Origin: Myxococcales bacterium
GTDB taxonomy: Bacteria; Myxococcota_A; Polyangia; Polyangiales; DASUME01
Direction: 5' to 3'
NCBI GenBank assembly: GCA_047601445.1
Contig: JASGJH010000001.1
Span: 1,056,001-1,120,000, forward strand
DNA length: 64,000 nt
The translations under genes were made by a program, and so were the position numbers. Positions 23,557 through 33,161 of this stretch are shown here, piece by piece. Numbering within the stretch: position 1 is the first letter of the stretch; the number at the start of each line of letters is the position of its first letter. The notes under the pieces are model-generated. The model ran no database searches and was not told where the DNA came from. It saw nothing but the letters and a program-made list of their open reading frames with translations.

Positions 23557-24602
23557 GCGCCACGAATTCCGCAGCTCCTCGCGCTCCGAGCGTGCTGCCC
23601 AAACTGCTCGTGTCGTTGCTGCTGGGCGGCGTGTTCGCTTGGATCGCCGAGCGTGGCGGTGTCCCGATCGTTCCCCATGCCGAGAGCTTTCGCGGGGTCG
23701 ACTGGGGGCTCGTGGCGGGGGCGACGCTCTTGTTGTTCGTGCTGACGCTGCTGCGGGCCACACGCTGGCGCTTCTTGATCGCCCCGGTGAAGCGACTGCC
23801 CTTGCGGGAAGTCATCCTGGTGAACTGGGTGGGGTTCTTCGCGATCTTCGCGCTGCCGTTGCGGCTCGGAGAGTTCGTGCGACCGGGCTTGAGCAAGCTG
23901 CGCAGCGGGATTCCCGTCTCCGTGGGTCTCGGGACGGTGGCGGTCGAACGCGTGCTCGATGGCACCATCACGAGCTTGTGCGTTGCCTGGGCGCTGTGGG
24001 CGCTGCCGAGGATTCCCACCACGGATCCCGTCGCCCGCGCCGTTCCCTACTACACGGGAGCCGTCCTCGCGGTGTTCGCGTGCGCGATGACGGCCTTGCT
24101 GGCGTTCCTGTGGCAGCGCGATCTGGCCGTGCGCCTGACCGAGCGCATGGTGGGGCTGGTCTCGCCTCGGCTCGGACAGCTGCTGGCGGCCAAGGTGGAC
24201 GGCGTTGCGCACGGCATCCGCTCGTTGGGAGACGCGCGCCTGACGGCGGCGTTTACGGCCGAGAGCCTGGCCTACTGGGGTATCAACGCCTGTTTCATGT
24301 GGGTGCTCGGGATCGCCTCGGGCTTGCCCATGCAGCTGGGCCACGCGGTCGCGGTGATGGGGGTGCTGGCTCTGGGCATCCTGCTGCCGAGCGGTCCAGG
24401 CCTGTTCGGAAGCTTTCAGGTGGCGGTATCCGCGGCGCTGAAGCTTTATTTCCCGGCGGAGCTGGTGAGCCGTCAGGGCTCGGTGTTCGTGTTCCTGCTG
24501 TATGTGCTCAACGCTCTCATGATGGTGGCCATCGGCGTGGTGCCTCTTTTGCGCATGAAACTGCGGTTCGCCGACCTCATCCGGCAGGGCGAGGACCTCT
24601 AG
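23553..24602 (+). CDS. Lysylphosphatidylglycerol-synthase-TM / flippase-like membrane protein (UPF0104)
   Basis: Multi-TM protein with LRATRW, PLRLGEFVR, VAVERVLD, LPSGPGLFG; GTG start overlaps the upstream TGA. Confidence 0.85.
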   Translation: MSATNSAAPRAPSVLPKLLVSLLLGGVFAWIAERGGVPIVPHAESFRGVDWGLVAGATLLLFVLTLLRATRWRFLIAPVKRLPLREVILVNWVGFFAIFALPLRLGEFVRPGLSKLRSGIPVSVGLGTVAVERVLDGTITSLCVAWALWALPRIPTTDPVARAVPYYTGAVLAVFACAMTALLAFLWQRDLAVRLTERMVGLVSPRLGQLLAAKVDGVAHGIRSLGDARLTAAFTAESLAYWGINACFMWVLGIASGLPMQLGHAVAVMGVLALGILLPSGPGLFGSFQVAVSAALKLYFPAELVSRQGSVFVFLLYVLNALMMVAIGVVPLLRMKLRFADLIRQGEDL

Positions 24603-24662
24603 AGGTCCTCTAAGGGACGTCGGTTTCTGGATTCGCGCGGGCTGCTTGGATAGGGTCCGGCT

Positions 24663-25139
24663 GTGCAGAAGCGTTGGCTCGGAGCGCTGGTGTGCGCACT
24701 CCTCGTGTTCCCCGTGGGCGCCCAGGCGCGCAAGCAGGGCGAGCTCATCTACGGCTTCGATCAGGTCTGGAACGCAGCGCTGCGCATGGTCCGCGTGGAC
24801 CTACGGTTGCCGGTGACCGACCGCGACCAGGACGCGGGCTATCTGCTGTTCGACTATGTCGACCACGGCAAGCGCTACGCTGGCAGTATCGAGCTGGTGC
24901 GTGCCGAGCGAGATCGGCGTCCCGCCACGAAGGCCGTGGTGCAGGTGCAGGGCATGCCCGCTTACGTGGAGCAAATGCTGCTCGAGCGCCTAGGTCGCAA
25001 GCTGCGCGAGGAATACGGCGAGCCGCTGCAGCCGACCAAGCCGGACGAGAAGCCCCCGGCGGAGAAGCCTCCGGCCAAGGAGCCGGGCACCGGTGATGAG
25101 GCTCCCGCCGAGCCGAGTACCGATTTTTCGGGCAACTGA
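24663..25139 (+). CDS. Secreted hypothetical protein
   Basis: Signal peptide (..GAQA|R), compact alpha/beta core, Pro/Glu/Lys tail; codon use fits the genome. Confidence 0.7.
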   Translation: MQKRWLGALVCALLVFPVGAQARKQGELIYGFDQVWNAALRMVRVDLRLPVTDRDQDAGYLLFDYVDHGKRYAGSIELVRAERDRRPATKAVVQVQGMPAYVEQMLLERLGRKLREEYGEPLQPTKPDEKPPAEKPPAKEPGTGDEAPAEPSTDFSGN

Positions 25140-25174
25140 CGCAACCTCCGCGAGCGCTGGCCGATAGAGCACGG

Positions 25175-25639
25175 GTGCAGCTGAGTGCTCGGGCAAAAAA
25201 CGCGCTGGTGGCATGGGTGGCCCTGATCGCTGCGGTGACCCTGGCTCGACGCGAGCCCACCTTGGCCCGTGAACGGGCTGCGCCGCCGAAGGTGGCTGTG
25301 CTTCCGGGCGCGCAAGCGGCAGCGCTCCGCGACGGACAGGGCATCGACCCCAATCGCGCCACCGCGGCAGAGTTCGAGCTTTTGCCAGGGGTGGGCCCGA
25401 GCCTCGCGCGACGTTTGGTCGAGGCACGTACGGCCCAGGGGCCCTTCCGCTCGGCCCAGGATCTGCGGCGGGTGAAGGGCGTCGGCGTGAAGACCTTGGC
25501 CCGCTTCGAGCGTTTTCTGCGCTTCGGATCAGAACAGGTCGAACATCCGACTGCACCGCAGCTGGGCCTCGTTGGCGCTGGCCACGTTCCCGGGCTCGAG
25601 GATGATCCCAATGCGGACGTCGAGGCCCACGCTCCATGA
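25175..25639 (+). CDS. ComEA-family helix-hairpin-helix DNA-binding protein
   Basis: N-terminal TM; IDPNRATAAEFELLPGVGPSLARRLV..GPFRSAQDLRRVKGVG tandem HhH. Confidence 0.88.
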   Translation: MQLSARAKNALVAWVALIAAVTLARREPTLARERAAPPKVAVLPGAQAAALRDGQGIDPNRATAAEFELLPGVGPSLARRLVEARTAQGPFRSAQDLRRVKGVGVKTLARFERFLRFGSEQVEHPTAPQLGLVGAGHVPGLEDDPNADVEAHAP

Positions 25640-26074
25640 GCGCGACCATAGATAGTCCAGGCCCAGCAAAATGTGGGCGCCGGGGCGGGCCTCGAAGGCA
25701 TCGTCGAGCTTGCTGCGGTACAGCCACAGGTTCGCGCCGACGCCGAAGAAGGGCACCACTCGCAGCACGTCGAGCAGGTAAGCAGCTTCTAGCCGCACGC
25801 GACCGACCTGCTGGGCTTTTCCGTCCCCGAACAAGGGGAGATAGCCGCCCTGGGCCCGCAAGAAGAAGAGATCCGACAGTCCCAGCGCACCCCCCGCGCT
25901 CACCTCGGGACCGCCCCTGGCCAGGGTCTCCGCGCCGGCCGTGAGCGCTCCTCCCACGGCCAAGTCGAGACTCGCCTGGTCCTCGTAGGCGCGCGCGGAG
26001 CCTGACCAGGCACAGCACCAAAGCGCCACTACGAGCGCGGAGCCGATTCGGAAAGCCTTGCAATGGCGGGCCAT
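25529..26074 (-). CDS. Small outer-membrane beta-barrel domain protein
   Basis: Signal peptide (..SARA|Y), strands such as VVPFFGVGAN and LLGLDYLW, C-terminal Phe. The 3' end overlaps the ComEA ORF. Confidence 0.65.
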   Translation of the reverse strand: MARHCKAFRIGSALVVALWCCAWSGSARAYEDQASLDLAVGGALTAGAETLARGGPEVSAGGALGLSDLFFLRAQGGYLPLFGDGKAQQVGRVRLEAAYLLDVLRVVPFFGVGANLWLYRSKLDDAFEARPGAHILLGLDYLWSRSWSVGLDVRIGIILEPGNVASANEAQLRCSRMFDLF

Positions 26075-26202
26075 TGGAGCTCGATAACACGCTCGTTTCG
26101 GCGCGCCAACCGGCGTTGACTCGGGGGGCCGCGAAGGTATATTCGACCCCCTTTTCCCGGCGCATTTCAGAGCGCCCCTAACACCTGGTAGCGAGCAGCA
26201 GC

Positions 26203-27324
26203 ATGGGCGAAGACAACAACCTGGAGCCCGAGCGTACCGAGCCCGAGCGCAATACCCCGGAGCCGGAACCCGAAGAAGCCTCTGCGAGCGCCGGCGAATC
26301 GGGCGCGCCGAGTCCGGCCGCACCCGCGTCGAGTGGGAGCGCGAAGGGCATGACGCCGGGACAGCGTTTGGCGGCGAAGAAGGCCCAGAAGGCCGTCGAG
26401 AAGCGCGAGTTCAAGGACGAGCTCAAGCGCAAGGAAGAGGAGACGCGGGCCGAGGAGCAGGCCGAAGCAGAACGCTTCCTGGCTCCGCCGCGCGAACCCG
26501 CGCTGCCTGATGAGGTCCAGAAGGTCGCTGGCGACTTCACTGACTTCGTGCAGCACAACCGCGGGCGCATCACGGGTGGCATCGCCGCCGTGGTCATCGG
26601 CGCCCTGGCGTTCATCGGCATCCGCGCGCAGCTGCGTACGGGATCTGCCGAACAGGCGGGCCTCTTGGCCGCGGCGCTCGAGACCGGTAGCGCCCAGATC
26701 GACGCCGAAGACACCGACGGCAAGACCGACGATGGCAAGCCCGTCTTCAAGTCGCGCGAGGACCGCGAGAAGAAGGCTGCCGAAGCCTTCGCCGTGGCCG
26801 CCAAGAACAGCCCGGACAGCCTGGCTGCGGCCTGGGCGCAGCTTGGAGAGGCAGCGCAGCAAGTGGCGGGCGGTGAAGCCGCCAAGGCGGAGCCGCTCTA
26901 CAAGAACGTCTATCAGAACCACGCCGATCAGCCGCTGCTGAAGGCCCGCGCGCTCGAAGGCCTCGCGCTGACTGCCGAGGCTCAGGGCAAGCCCGATGAA
27001 GCGCTCAAGCGCTACGAGGAGCTCAAGGCGGCCGACAAGGACTTTGCCGAGTATCACATCGCCCGCCTCAAGCTCGAGAAGGGGGACCGTGAGGGCGCCA
27101 AGACCTTGCTCAAGGGCGTCTACGATCGCCTGAGCGATCGCACCGATGGGGCACCGCCGAGTCGCTTCCTCAAGGGAGAGGTGGAGGTTCGCCTGGCCGA
27201 GCTCGACAGCTCGCTGGTGGACAAGGGCACGAGCGGAGAGGGCGGGCAGCAGTTCTCGCCGGAAGAGTTGCAGCGCCTGCTCGAGCAACTTCGCCAGCAA
27301 GGCGGAGCCGGCGGCGCCGAATGA
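26203..27324 (+). CDS. YfgM-like membrane-anchored TPR protein
   Basis: Acidic N-terminus, single TM, TPR-like helices (ARALEGLALTAEAQGKPDEALKRYEEL); directly upstream of a BamB-like gene. Confidence 0.72.
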   Translation: MGEDNNLEPERTEPERNTPEPEPEEASASAGESGAPSPAAPASSGSAKGMTPGQRLAAKKAQKAVEKREFKDELKRKEEETRAEEQAEAERFLAPPREPALPDEVQKVAGDFTDFVQHNRGRITGGIAAVVIGALAFIGIRAQLRTGSAEQAGLLAAALETGSAQIDAEDTDGKTDDGKPVFKSREDREKKAAEAFAVAAKNSPDSLAAAWAQLGEAAQQVAGGEAAKAEPLYKNVYQNHADQPLLKARALEGLALTAEAQGKPDEALKRYEELKAADKDFAEYHIARLKLEKGDREGAKTLLKGVYDRLSDRTDGAPPSRFLKGEVEVRLAELDSSLVDKGTSGEGGQQFSPEELQRLLEQLRQQGGAGGAE

Positions 27325-28571
27325 GGCGGCAGGCCCTTGGTTTGCTGGCAGCCGCACACCTGGCGGGGCTTTGCGCCTGTGGGTCGGGTGCCAGCATCGG
27401 CAAGGGCAACTACGGCTGGGTCGGCGTCGGCAACCAGGGTTCCGTGCCGGAGGGTAAGGGAGCCCTGCGGGTCCACTGGACGCGCCAGCTCACCCAGCCA
27501 GCGCGCGGCGCGTACCGCCCGGTGGAGAACGCGGTCGCGGCCATCGACAACCAGCATGCACGCATCTACGTGGGCGCCGAGTCGGGCAACTTGCATGCGA
27601 TGGGCTTCGACGGACGAGCCCTCTACCGCTTCGAGCTGCACGAGCCCATCGAGTGCGAGCCTGCGCTCGATCCCGTGAAGCAGGAGCTCTACGTCGGCAC
27701 CGAGCGCGGCGAGTTCTACGCCATCGCTGCGGAGAAGGGCGGGATCCTCTGGAAGAAGGAGGGCGACGCAGCCATCCGTCAGCGGCCCGTATTGCTGCCC
27801 GACGCGGTGATCGTGATCACCGAGGAAGACGCCATCGAGGCCTATGCGCGGGCCGACGGGAAGATGCTGTGGCGCTACGCCCGTGAGCCCCAGGAGGGCT
27901 TCTTGGTGGCGGGGCATTCAGGGATGACCCTCACCGAAGACAATCGTCTGTTGGCAGGGTTCAACGACGGCCTGGTGGTGTCGCTCGACGCGCTCGATGG
28001 CACGGTGAAATGGGAGCGCAATACCTCGCTCGAGGTCCCAGAGACCGAGCCGGGTCGTCCGCGCTACATCGATGTGGACACCACTCCTGCCATTATCGGC
28101 GAGCAAGTATTCGTGGCGTCCTTCGGCGGCGGCCTATACGCGCTCGACCTCAACAACGGCAGCGTGCTGTGGCGTGAGCCCGATTGGACGGGCATCACGA
28201 GCTTGGTCGCCACTCCCGACGACGCGCTGATCCTCGTCTCGGCCGATCGCGGCGTCGTGCGCTTCGACGTGAATCAGCGCGCGGCTGTCTGGCAGAAGTC
28301 CTTGGAGCGCGGCTCCTTTGGCGTGCCAGAGCTGTTCCAGGGCATGGTGCTGATCGGCGACAGTCGCGGCTCTCTGGTAGCCCTCGACACACTCACGGGA
28401 GACGAATTGGGGCGCATCGACTCGGGGCACGGCTTCGTGGCGCGCGCGAACTTGCAGGAAGACGGTCGTGGGTTCGTGGTGACCAACGGTGGCGTGCTGC
28501 TCGGGATGCGCGTGGTGAACCCGATCGGCACGCCCGTGCCGGACCCGGTCGCCTCGTCCGTGCCGGACTAG
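27321..28571 (+). CDS. BamB-like beta-propeller lipoprotein (PQQ-like repeats)
   Basis: Lipobox LCAC; repeated xDG(K/T)xxW blades; IDVDTTPAI..VFVASFGGGLYALD; yfgM-bamB gene order. Confidence 0.8.
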   Translation: MRRQALGLLAAAHLAGLCACGSGASIGKGNYGWVGVGNQGSVPEGKGALRVHWTRQLTQPARGAYRPVENAVAAIDNQHARIYVGAESGNLHAMGFDGRALYRFELHEPIECEPALDPVKQELYVGTERGEFYAIAAEKGGILWKKEGDAAIRQRPVLLPDAVIVITEEDAIEAYARADGKMLWRYAREPQEGFLVAGHSGMTLTEDNRLLAGFNDGLVVSLDALDGTVKWERNTSLEVPETEPGRPRYIDVDTTPAIIGEQVFVASFGGGLYALDLNNGSVLWREPDWTGITSLVATPDDALILVSADRGVVRFDVNQRAAVWQKSLERGSFGVPELFQGMVLIGDSRGSLVALDTLTGDELGRIDSGHGFVARANLQEDGRGFVVTNGGVLLGMRVVNPIGTPVPDPVASSVPD

Positions 28572-28575
28572 CGAG

Positions 28576-29208
28576 CTAGAAGCGCGAGTTGCGCAGCGGA
28601 AACGAACGCCCGCAGGTTGGACATACGAGCGCGGCCTGACTCTCGAGCTCGCGGAAGAAGTCCGGCTTGGCCTTGCAGTGTGGACAGGCGGACTGAGCAG
28701 GGATGAAACACGGCTCGTTGCGCGTGCAGGCGGGTGGAACCGCCCAGACCCCGTAGCTCGGGGCTGGCATCGCCACGTGGGGGCCGCGCACCGGCGGCGC
28801 CTCGCGCACGTAGAGCTCCACTTCGCGTTCATTCGGGACGATCCAGATGGCGCGCTCCTCGTGCTCGGGAAACGGAGAGCCGAGGCCTGCACGCTGAATC
28901 AGGCCGACTTGGGCGCCGACTGCACGGGTGGCACCCATCAGCCGCATGAGGTGGTGCACGACCGGCGCCGCCAAGCCGAATGGGTATTCGTGGTGACGAC
29001 AGCGCGCGAGGTGCCAGAGCTCGAACCGCCCCGGTCTCAGTCGTACGTCGCAGGGCTGAAGCGCGATGTGCGCCACGAGCTTGGCGGCGCGGGCGTCGTG
29101 AGGGGGGCGCATGCCGCCGTTCAGGACCGCTTGCAGCTGGGGCCAGGCCTGCTCGGGAGCTGCCGCGTCAATCGTGTCGCCGACGACGTTAGAGAGCCGA
29201 GTCGACAC
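28576..29208 (-). CDS. Hypothetical protein with C-terminal zinc ribbon
   Basis: CPHC...CPTC at the C-terminus; otherwise unrecognised. Confidence 0.5.
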   Translation of the reverse strand: MSTRLSNVVGDTIDAAAPEQAWPQLQAVLNGGMRPPHDARAAKLVAHIALQPCDVRLRPGRFELWHLARCRHHEYPFGLAAPVVHHLMRLMGATRAVGAQVGLIQRAGLGSPFPEHEERAIWIVPNEREVELYVREAPPVRGPHVAMPAPSYGVWAVPPACTRNEPCFIPAQSACPHCKAKPDFFRELESQAALVCPTCGRSFPLRNSRF

Positions 29209-29369
29209 CGCGAGCCTCCGACGCTTGGACCGAGAACCATCAGGTTGTGCGCCCGTGCGCTTTCGGAGTCAACTCGTCGCGAGACTCGAAGAGCGCGTGG
29301 CGGCGCGTTGCTTCGTCGCACGAAACCCTGGTTTTCGCCGGCGTGTCGAAGACTTGTCCGCGCTGCAAC

Positions 29370-30488
29370 TCAGCGCCGCGCAGCGAGCAGCGTGGGCGTG
29401 CGCTCGCAGGGATCGGCGCTCGCTGCAGTGGGCAAAAGCCCGTGCTCCTCGAGGTAGCGCCTGACGTAGCCCACCATGCGTTCTTCGGAGCAATACTCAC
29501 GCGCGAAGGCGAAGGCTTTTCGGCTGAGCACCGCGCAGAAGATGGCGTCCTCCCATAGCTGCAGCACCGCGTTCGCCATGCTCACGGGATCGCGGGGTGC
29601 CACGCGCAGCGCGGTCTCGCCGTGCACGGTGTAGTCATGGATGCCGGTGGAGTCCGTGATGATGAGCGGCTTCTTGAGATGCATGGCGTTGACCAGGCTC
29701 ACGTGTCCGCAGGGCACCTCGGCGGAAGCGAGCGGACACACCATGAACCTGGAGCCGAACAGGATGTCCAGGGCACGCTGGCCACCGACATTGCATTCGA
29801 TGTGCACGTTTGGAGGGGGCTTGAGCCCGAGCATGTTTTCTGGCCGCACCACGCAGACGTAGGGCACGTGCGGCGTCATCGCTGCAGCGCGCATCAGCGT
29901 GGCGTAGTCCCGGCCGTTGCCTCCGATAGCGCAGACGTAGGCTTGCTCGCCGCGCGCCACGGCCTCGGGCGAGGGCGTCGGAGCCCGCACCGCCCAGTGC
30001 ACCATGTCGATGCGCTCGAGGGGAATCTCGAAATACTCGGAGTAGAGCGCGCGTTCGACCGTCGAGTGGACCACGAACCTGTCGACGTGTCGGAAGGCGC
30101 GGCGCATGGCCAGGGCGCGCGGGCCACGGGGCAAGCTGACGAGGTTGAACGCGAACGCAAGATGCCGCGCGCTCGGGCGCGTGACGCGCGCAGCCTCTTC
30201 GAACCACCAAGTCAGAAGCGGGCCGTGGGTGACCACGAGATCGGCGCGCTGACGGGCGGCGTGCCAGGCGACACGCGAGGCCTCCACGTAGCGGCGCACG
30301 CGAGGCTTCGCGAGCCGGCCGAGCCATCCCCGAGGTCGCGTGTAGAAGAACGTCCAGTCGAGCGCGTCGGGTGCGAGCTCGTCCCGATACCAGTGCCAAC
30401 CCTCGTTGGGTTCCTCGGAGTAGTTCAAGATCCGGGGCCTCTCGCGTTCCGGGTTGGCGTGCGAGAAGCGACGTGCGGGTGAGCTCAC
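29370..30488 (-). CDS. Glycosyltransferase, GT-B fold (GT4-like)
   Basis: VDRFVVHS, IGGNGRDYATL, GHVSLVNAMHLKKPLIITD, VHGETALRVAPRD. Confidence 0.82.
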   Translation of the reverse strand: MSSPARRFSHANPERERPRILNYSEEPNEGWHWYRDELAPDALDWTFFYTRPRGWLGRLAKPRVRRYVEASRVAWHAARQRADLVVTHGPLLTWWFEEAARVTRPSARHLAFAFNLVSLPRGPRALAMRRAFRHVDRFVVHSTVERALYSEYFEIPLERIDMVHWAVRAPTPSPEAVARGEQAYVCAIGGNGRDYATLMRAAAMTPHVPYVCVVRPENMLGLKPPPNVHIECNVGGQRALDILFGSRFMVCPLASAEVPCGHVSLVNAMHLKKPLIITDSTGIHDYTVHGETALRVAPRDPVSMANAVLQLWEDAIFCAVLSRKAFAFAREYCSEERMVGYVRRYLEEHGLLPTAASADPCERTPTLLAARR

Positions 30489-30802
30489 GGGCGTCCTTTC
30501 GGAGGCACTGCCGAGCTAGTTCACGCGCTGGCGAGCGTCCCCGTCAACCTCGTTATCCACGTGGCACCGCGCACATTCCAAGCCGGGAGCCCCCGCGGAG
30601 GCCCGTCGCCGTTGTGAACGCGAGGCGTTCTCACGAATCGAGCGGCGTATGCGCTGGGGCGATGCGCGAAAACACACGCCCCGGCAAGCGCTGCTGCGTC
30701 CCAGGTTGCGGCGCGCAAATCGGCTTCGAAATAAAGGTGGGCGGGCGAGCACACCATGAGGCGATGGGCGCGGCGCGCTGCGGAGGTTCCGTGACCTCCG
30801 CG

Positions 30803-32281
30803 TCAACTGCGCGCGGCCAGGAAGTTTCCGTGGAACCCGAGCGGCAAGCACGCATCGACGTGGGCCCGCGCCACGGGCTCGAGCGTGGTCGCGTCGAGCA
30901 CGGCCAAGGTTGCGCGCTCCTGTTCAGCATGGCTTCCCAGACACAGGATGACTCCGTCATCGCTGCGTGTGGCGCCGGGGCGCGCCACGAACAGCGGCTC
31001 CCCGTAGGTGACGTGAGGCTCGGTGAAGGTCGCGACCTCGCCGCGACCGATCTCTACGCGCACCACTTCGCTGTCGACGTCGCTCTGCGCTCCCTGTGCC
31101 AGGCGCGTGCCCCAGATGGACGAGTAGGCGTGGCCATTGTCCGTTCGATACGCGATGCTCGGAAACTCGAAGCCCTGCTGCGACAACGGCTCGAGCTCCA
31201 CGTCGCGGCGCCCGGGCTTGAGACGGGCGCGCACGAAGCGCGGCGCGATGGCGGGGACGGACCGGTCCAGCGACTCGGTCTTCAGCAGCTGCACGATGTC
31301 CGGATTGTCGTAGGCCACGAAGTCGAGCACCACGTCGTCGCCGTCGTCGAAGCAGTTGGCGGTATGGAAGCAGAAGAGCGGTTCAGTGTGGTACGCGGAC
31401 CAGCGCCCGCTCGCGCGGTCCAGCTTCCACAGCTTGGTGCCGCGGGAGGGCTCCCATTCGAACGGATCGATGAAGGCCCGGTTGCTGAACAGGAGCTTCA
31501 GCGGGTTCACCTTGTACGGATGATCGATGATGACCGCGTGACGCGGTGAGAGCCCGAACGAGTGCAGGTAGGGCACGCGCTTGAACACCAGCTCCCCTTC
31601 GACCTTGCGCGTACGACTGTCGCTCGCCTGGCTGTACACGCGCAGGACGTTCTTCGGGCCGAAACTGCTCGCGACGTTGACCAGAGCCTTGCGCCCGAAG
31701 TCGAAGTGCGGGTGCGCCGAGAGCGTGGCCACCGGCAACTTGTCCTCGTAGCGATAGAGCCCGCGCGTGGCCAACGATTGACCATCGATGAGGTGCTGGT
31801 GAGGACTCTCGGTCATGGCGAGCCAGGCGCCCTGCCAGGGCACCACGTTCACGTTGGCATTGTCGGTGATCTGGGCGATCGGCTTGATCACGCGCTGCCA
31901 CCATGAGCGCCGGGTGGGCGTGCTGAAGCTCGCCACCTGGAAGCGCTCGCCCTGGGCATCGCGCAGGGCTTCCGACGCGAGCAGACGCTGCTTGAAGGAC
32001 ACGCCTTCGCCGAAGGAGAAGCCGAAGAGGATTCCCAGTCCGTCGAACCAATGCTGAGCGCGCCAGCCGCCGAGCTCGAACACGGCCGGTGCGGTGCGTA
32101 CCAGATCGCCCTTGAGCCACTCGGGAAGCTTGCCTTCGAGCGTGACCGGCAGGCTCGTTTGGTCGCGCCGGGTCCAGCGGAAGGGCGCCCGCGCGAGCCG
32201 ACCGGAGAGCGGCGCGGATCCTAGGGTACCGCTCCCGGACTCGGGGTTAATTCCTTGAAATCTCGAGACATTGTCGATCAT
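30803..32281 (-). CDS. Carotenoid cleavage oxygenase (RPE65/CCD family)
   Basis: GKLPEWLKGDLVR, HWFDGLG, DNANVNV, and four Fe-ligand His contexts (SAHPH, YLHSFG, CFHTAN, GFHGNF), plus EFP and GEPLFV. Confidence 0.93.
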   Translation of the reverse strand: MIDNVSRFQGINPESGSGTLGSAPLSGRLARAPFRWTRRDQTSLPVTLEGKLPEWLKGDLVRTAPAVFELGGWRAQHWFDGLGILFGFSFGEGVSFKQRLLASEALRDAQGERFQVASFSTPTRRSWWQRVIKPIAQITDNANVNVVPWQGAWLAMTESPHQHLIDGQSLATRGLYRYEDKLPVATLSAHPHFDFGRKALVNVASSFGPKNVLRVYSQASDSRTRKVEGELVFKRVPYLHSFGLSPRHAVIIDHPYKVNPLKLLFSNRAFIDPFEWEPSRGTKLWKLDRASGRWSAYHTEPLFCFHTANCFDDGDDVVLDFVAYDNPDIVQLLKTESLDRSVPAIAPRFVRARLKPGRRDVELEPLSQQGFEFPSIAYRTDNGHAYSSIWGTRLAQGAQSDVDSEVVRVEIGRGEVATFTEPHVTYGEPLFVARPGATRSDDGVILCLGSHAEQERATLAVLDATTLEPVARAHVDACLPLGFHGNFLAARS

Positions 32282-32321
32282 GGCGCGTTCCTTTGCGAGG
32301 GGGCCGAAACCGCAGCCGACC

Positions 32322-32370
32322 ATCTTTCTACCAGAAAGATTGTGCGCTAGAATCTTTCGCGTGTCAAGAT
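32322..32370. promoter_or_regulatory. Two TetR-type operator palindromes (ATCTT-N9-AAGAT)
   Basis: ATCTTTCTACCAGAAAGAT (32322-32340) and ATCTTTCGCGTGTCAAGAT (32352-32370), between the divergent oxygenase and TetR genes. Confidence 0.7.
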
Positions 32371-32381
32371 GAGTCGAGAGA

Positions 32382-33017
32382 ATGGCCCGCGCGACCAGCC
32401 AACGCCCCGCGAAACATGGCTACCATCACGGAGACTTACGCCGCGCGCTGATCGAGGCGGCTTGGCGTCTGGTACGGAAGGAAGGCGTCGAGGCGCTCAC
32501 CCTGCGCGAGGTCGCTCGCAAAGTAGGCGTGACGCACGCGGCGCCTTATCACCACTTCGCGAGCCGCGAAGCGCTGCTCGACGCCTTGGCCGAAGAGGGC
32601 TTCGAGGCGCTTGGAAAGGCGATGTCAGGGGCCACACAGGGCATCTCGGATCCCACGGAGCGTTTGTTCGTGCTGGGGCGCGTCTACATCGACGAGGCCA
32701 AGGCGCACCCGGAGCGCCTACAGGTGATGTTCCGGCGCCACCCTGGGCCGCCGAGCGAAGAAGACGCGGAGACGCACGGGGCACGGGTGTTCATGCAGCT
32801 CTTCGATGCCGTCGTCGCTTGCCAAGAAGCCGGCGTGGCTCCGGAGGGCGACCCCTGGGATCTGGCGCTCGCGGCGTGGAGTCTGGTGCACGGCTTCTCC
32901 ACGCTCTGGGTCGCGGGTCCCCTCGAGTCGATGCCGCATTATGCGGAGCGCTTCGAGGTCTTGCGAGACACCACACTGCGCGGACTCGGACAGGCCTGGC
33001 GCGTCGCACGTCGGTAG
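32382..33017 (+). CDS. TetR/AcrR family regulator with WHG-type C-terminal domain
   Basis: YHHGDLRRAL, LTLREVARKVGVTHAAPYHHF HTH, AWSLVHG. Confidence 0.93.
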   Translation: MARATSQRPAKHGYHHGDLRRALIEAAWRLVRKEGVEALTLREVARKVGVTHAAPYHHFASREALLDALAEEGFEALGKAMSGATQGISDPTERLFVLGRVYIDEAKAHPERLQVMFRRHPGPPSEEDAETHGARVFMQLFDAVVACQEAGVAPEGDPWDLALAAWSLVHGFSTLWVAGPLESMPHYAERFEVLRDTTLRGLGQAWRVARR

Positions 33018-33100
33018 GCGGGTCGAAAGAAGAGTGACGCGTTGAGACAAGAGGAGGGCGCGTCGGGGTAGGGGACACGGCGCTCGCCAGACCGCACACT

Positions 33101-33136
33101 GCGGGGTGAGTCGCGGGGTGAGTCGCGGCGCGAGCT
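33101..33136. repeat. Short tandem repeat (12 bp x2 plus a degenerate third copy)
   Basis: GCGGGGTGAGTC GCGGGGTGAGTC GCGGCGCGAGCT just upstream of the hydrolase gene. Confidence 0.6.
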
Positions 33137-33161
33137 GATGCGCGCTTTGTCGGAGGAATAC

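Noticed and set aside
6013..25639. Competence locus (ComEB-like deaminase, radA, ComEA-like)
   Set aside because: The genes are scattered over 20 kb in different operons, and no comEC or pilus genes are present.
22831..30488. Capsule/exopolysaccharide cluster (PHP phosphatase, flippase-like protein, glycosyltransferase)
   Set aside because: No Wzc kinase, Wza, Wzy or priming transferase, and the glycosyltransferase is isolated on the other strand.
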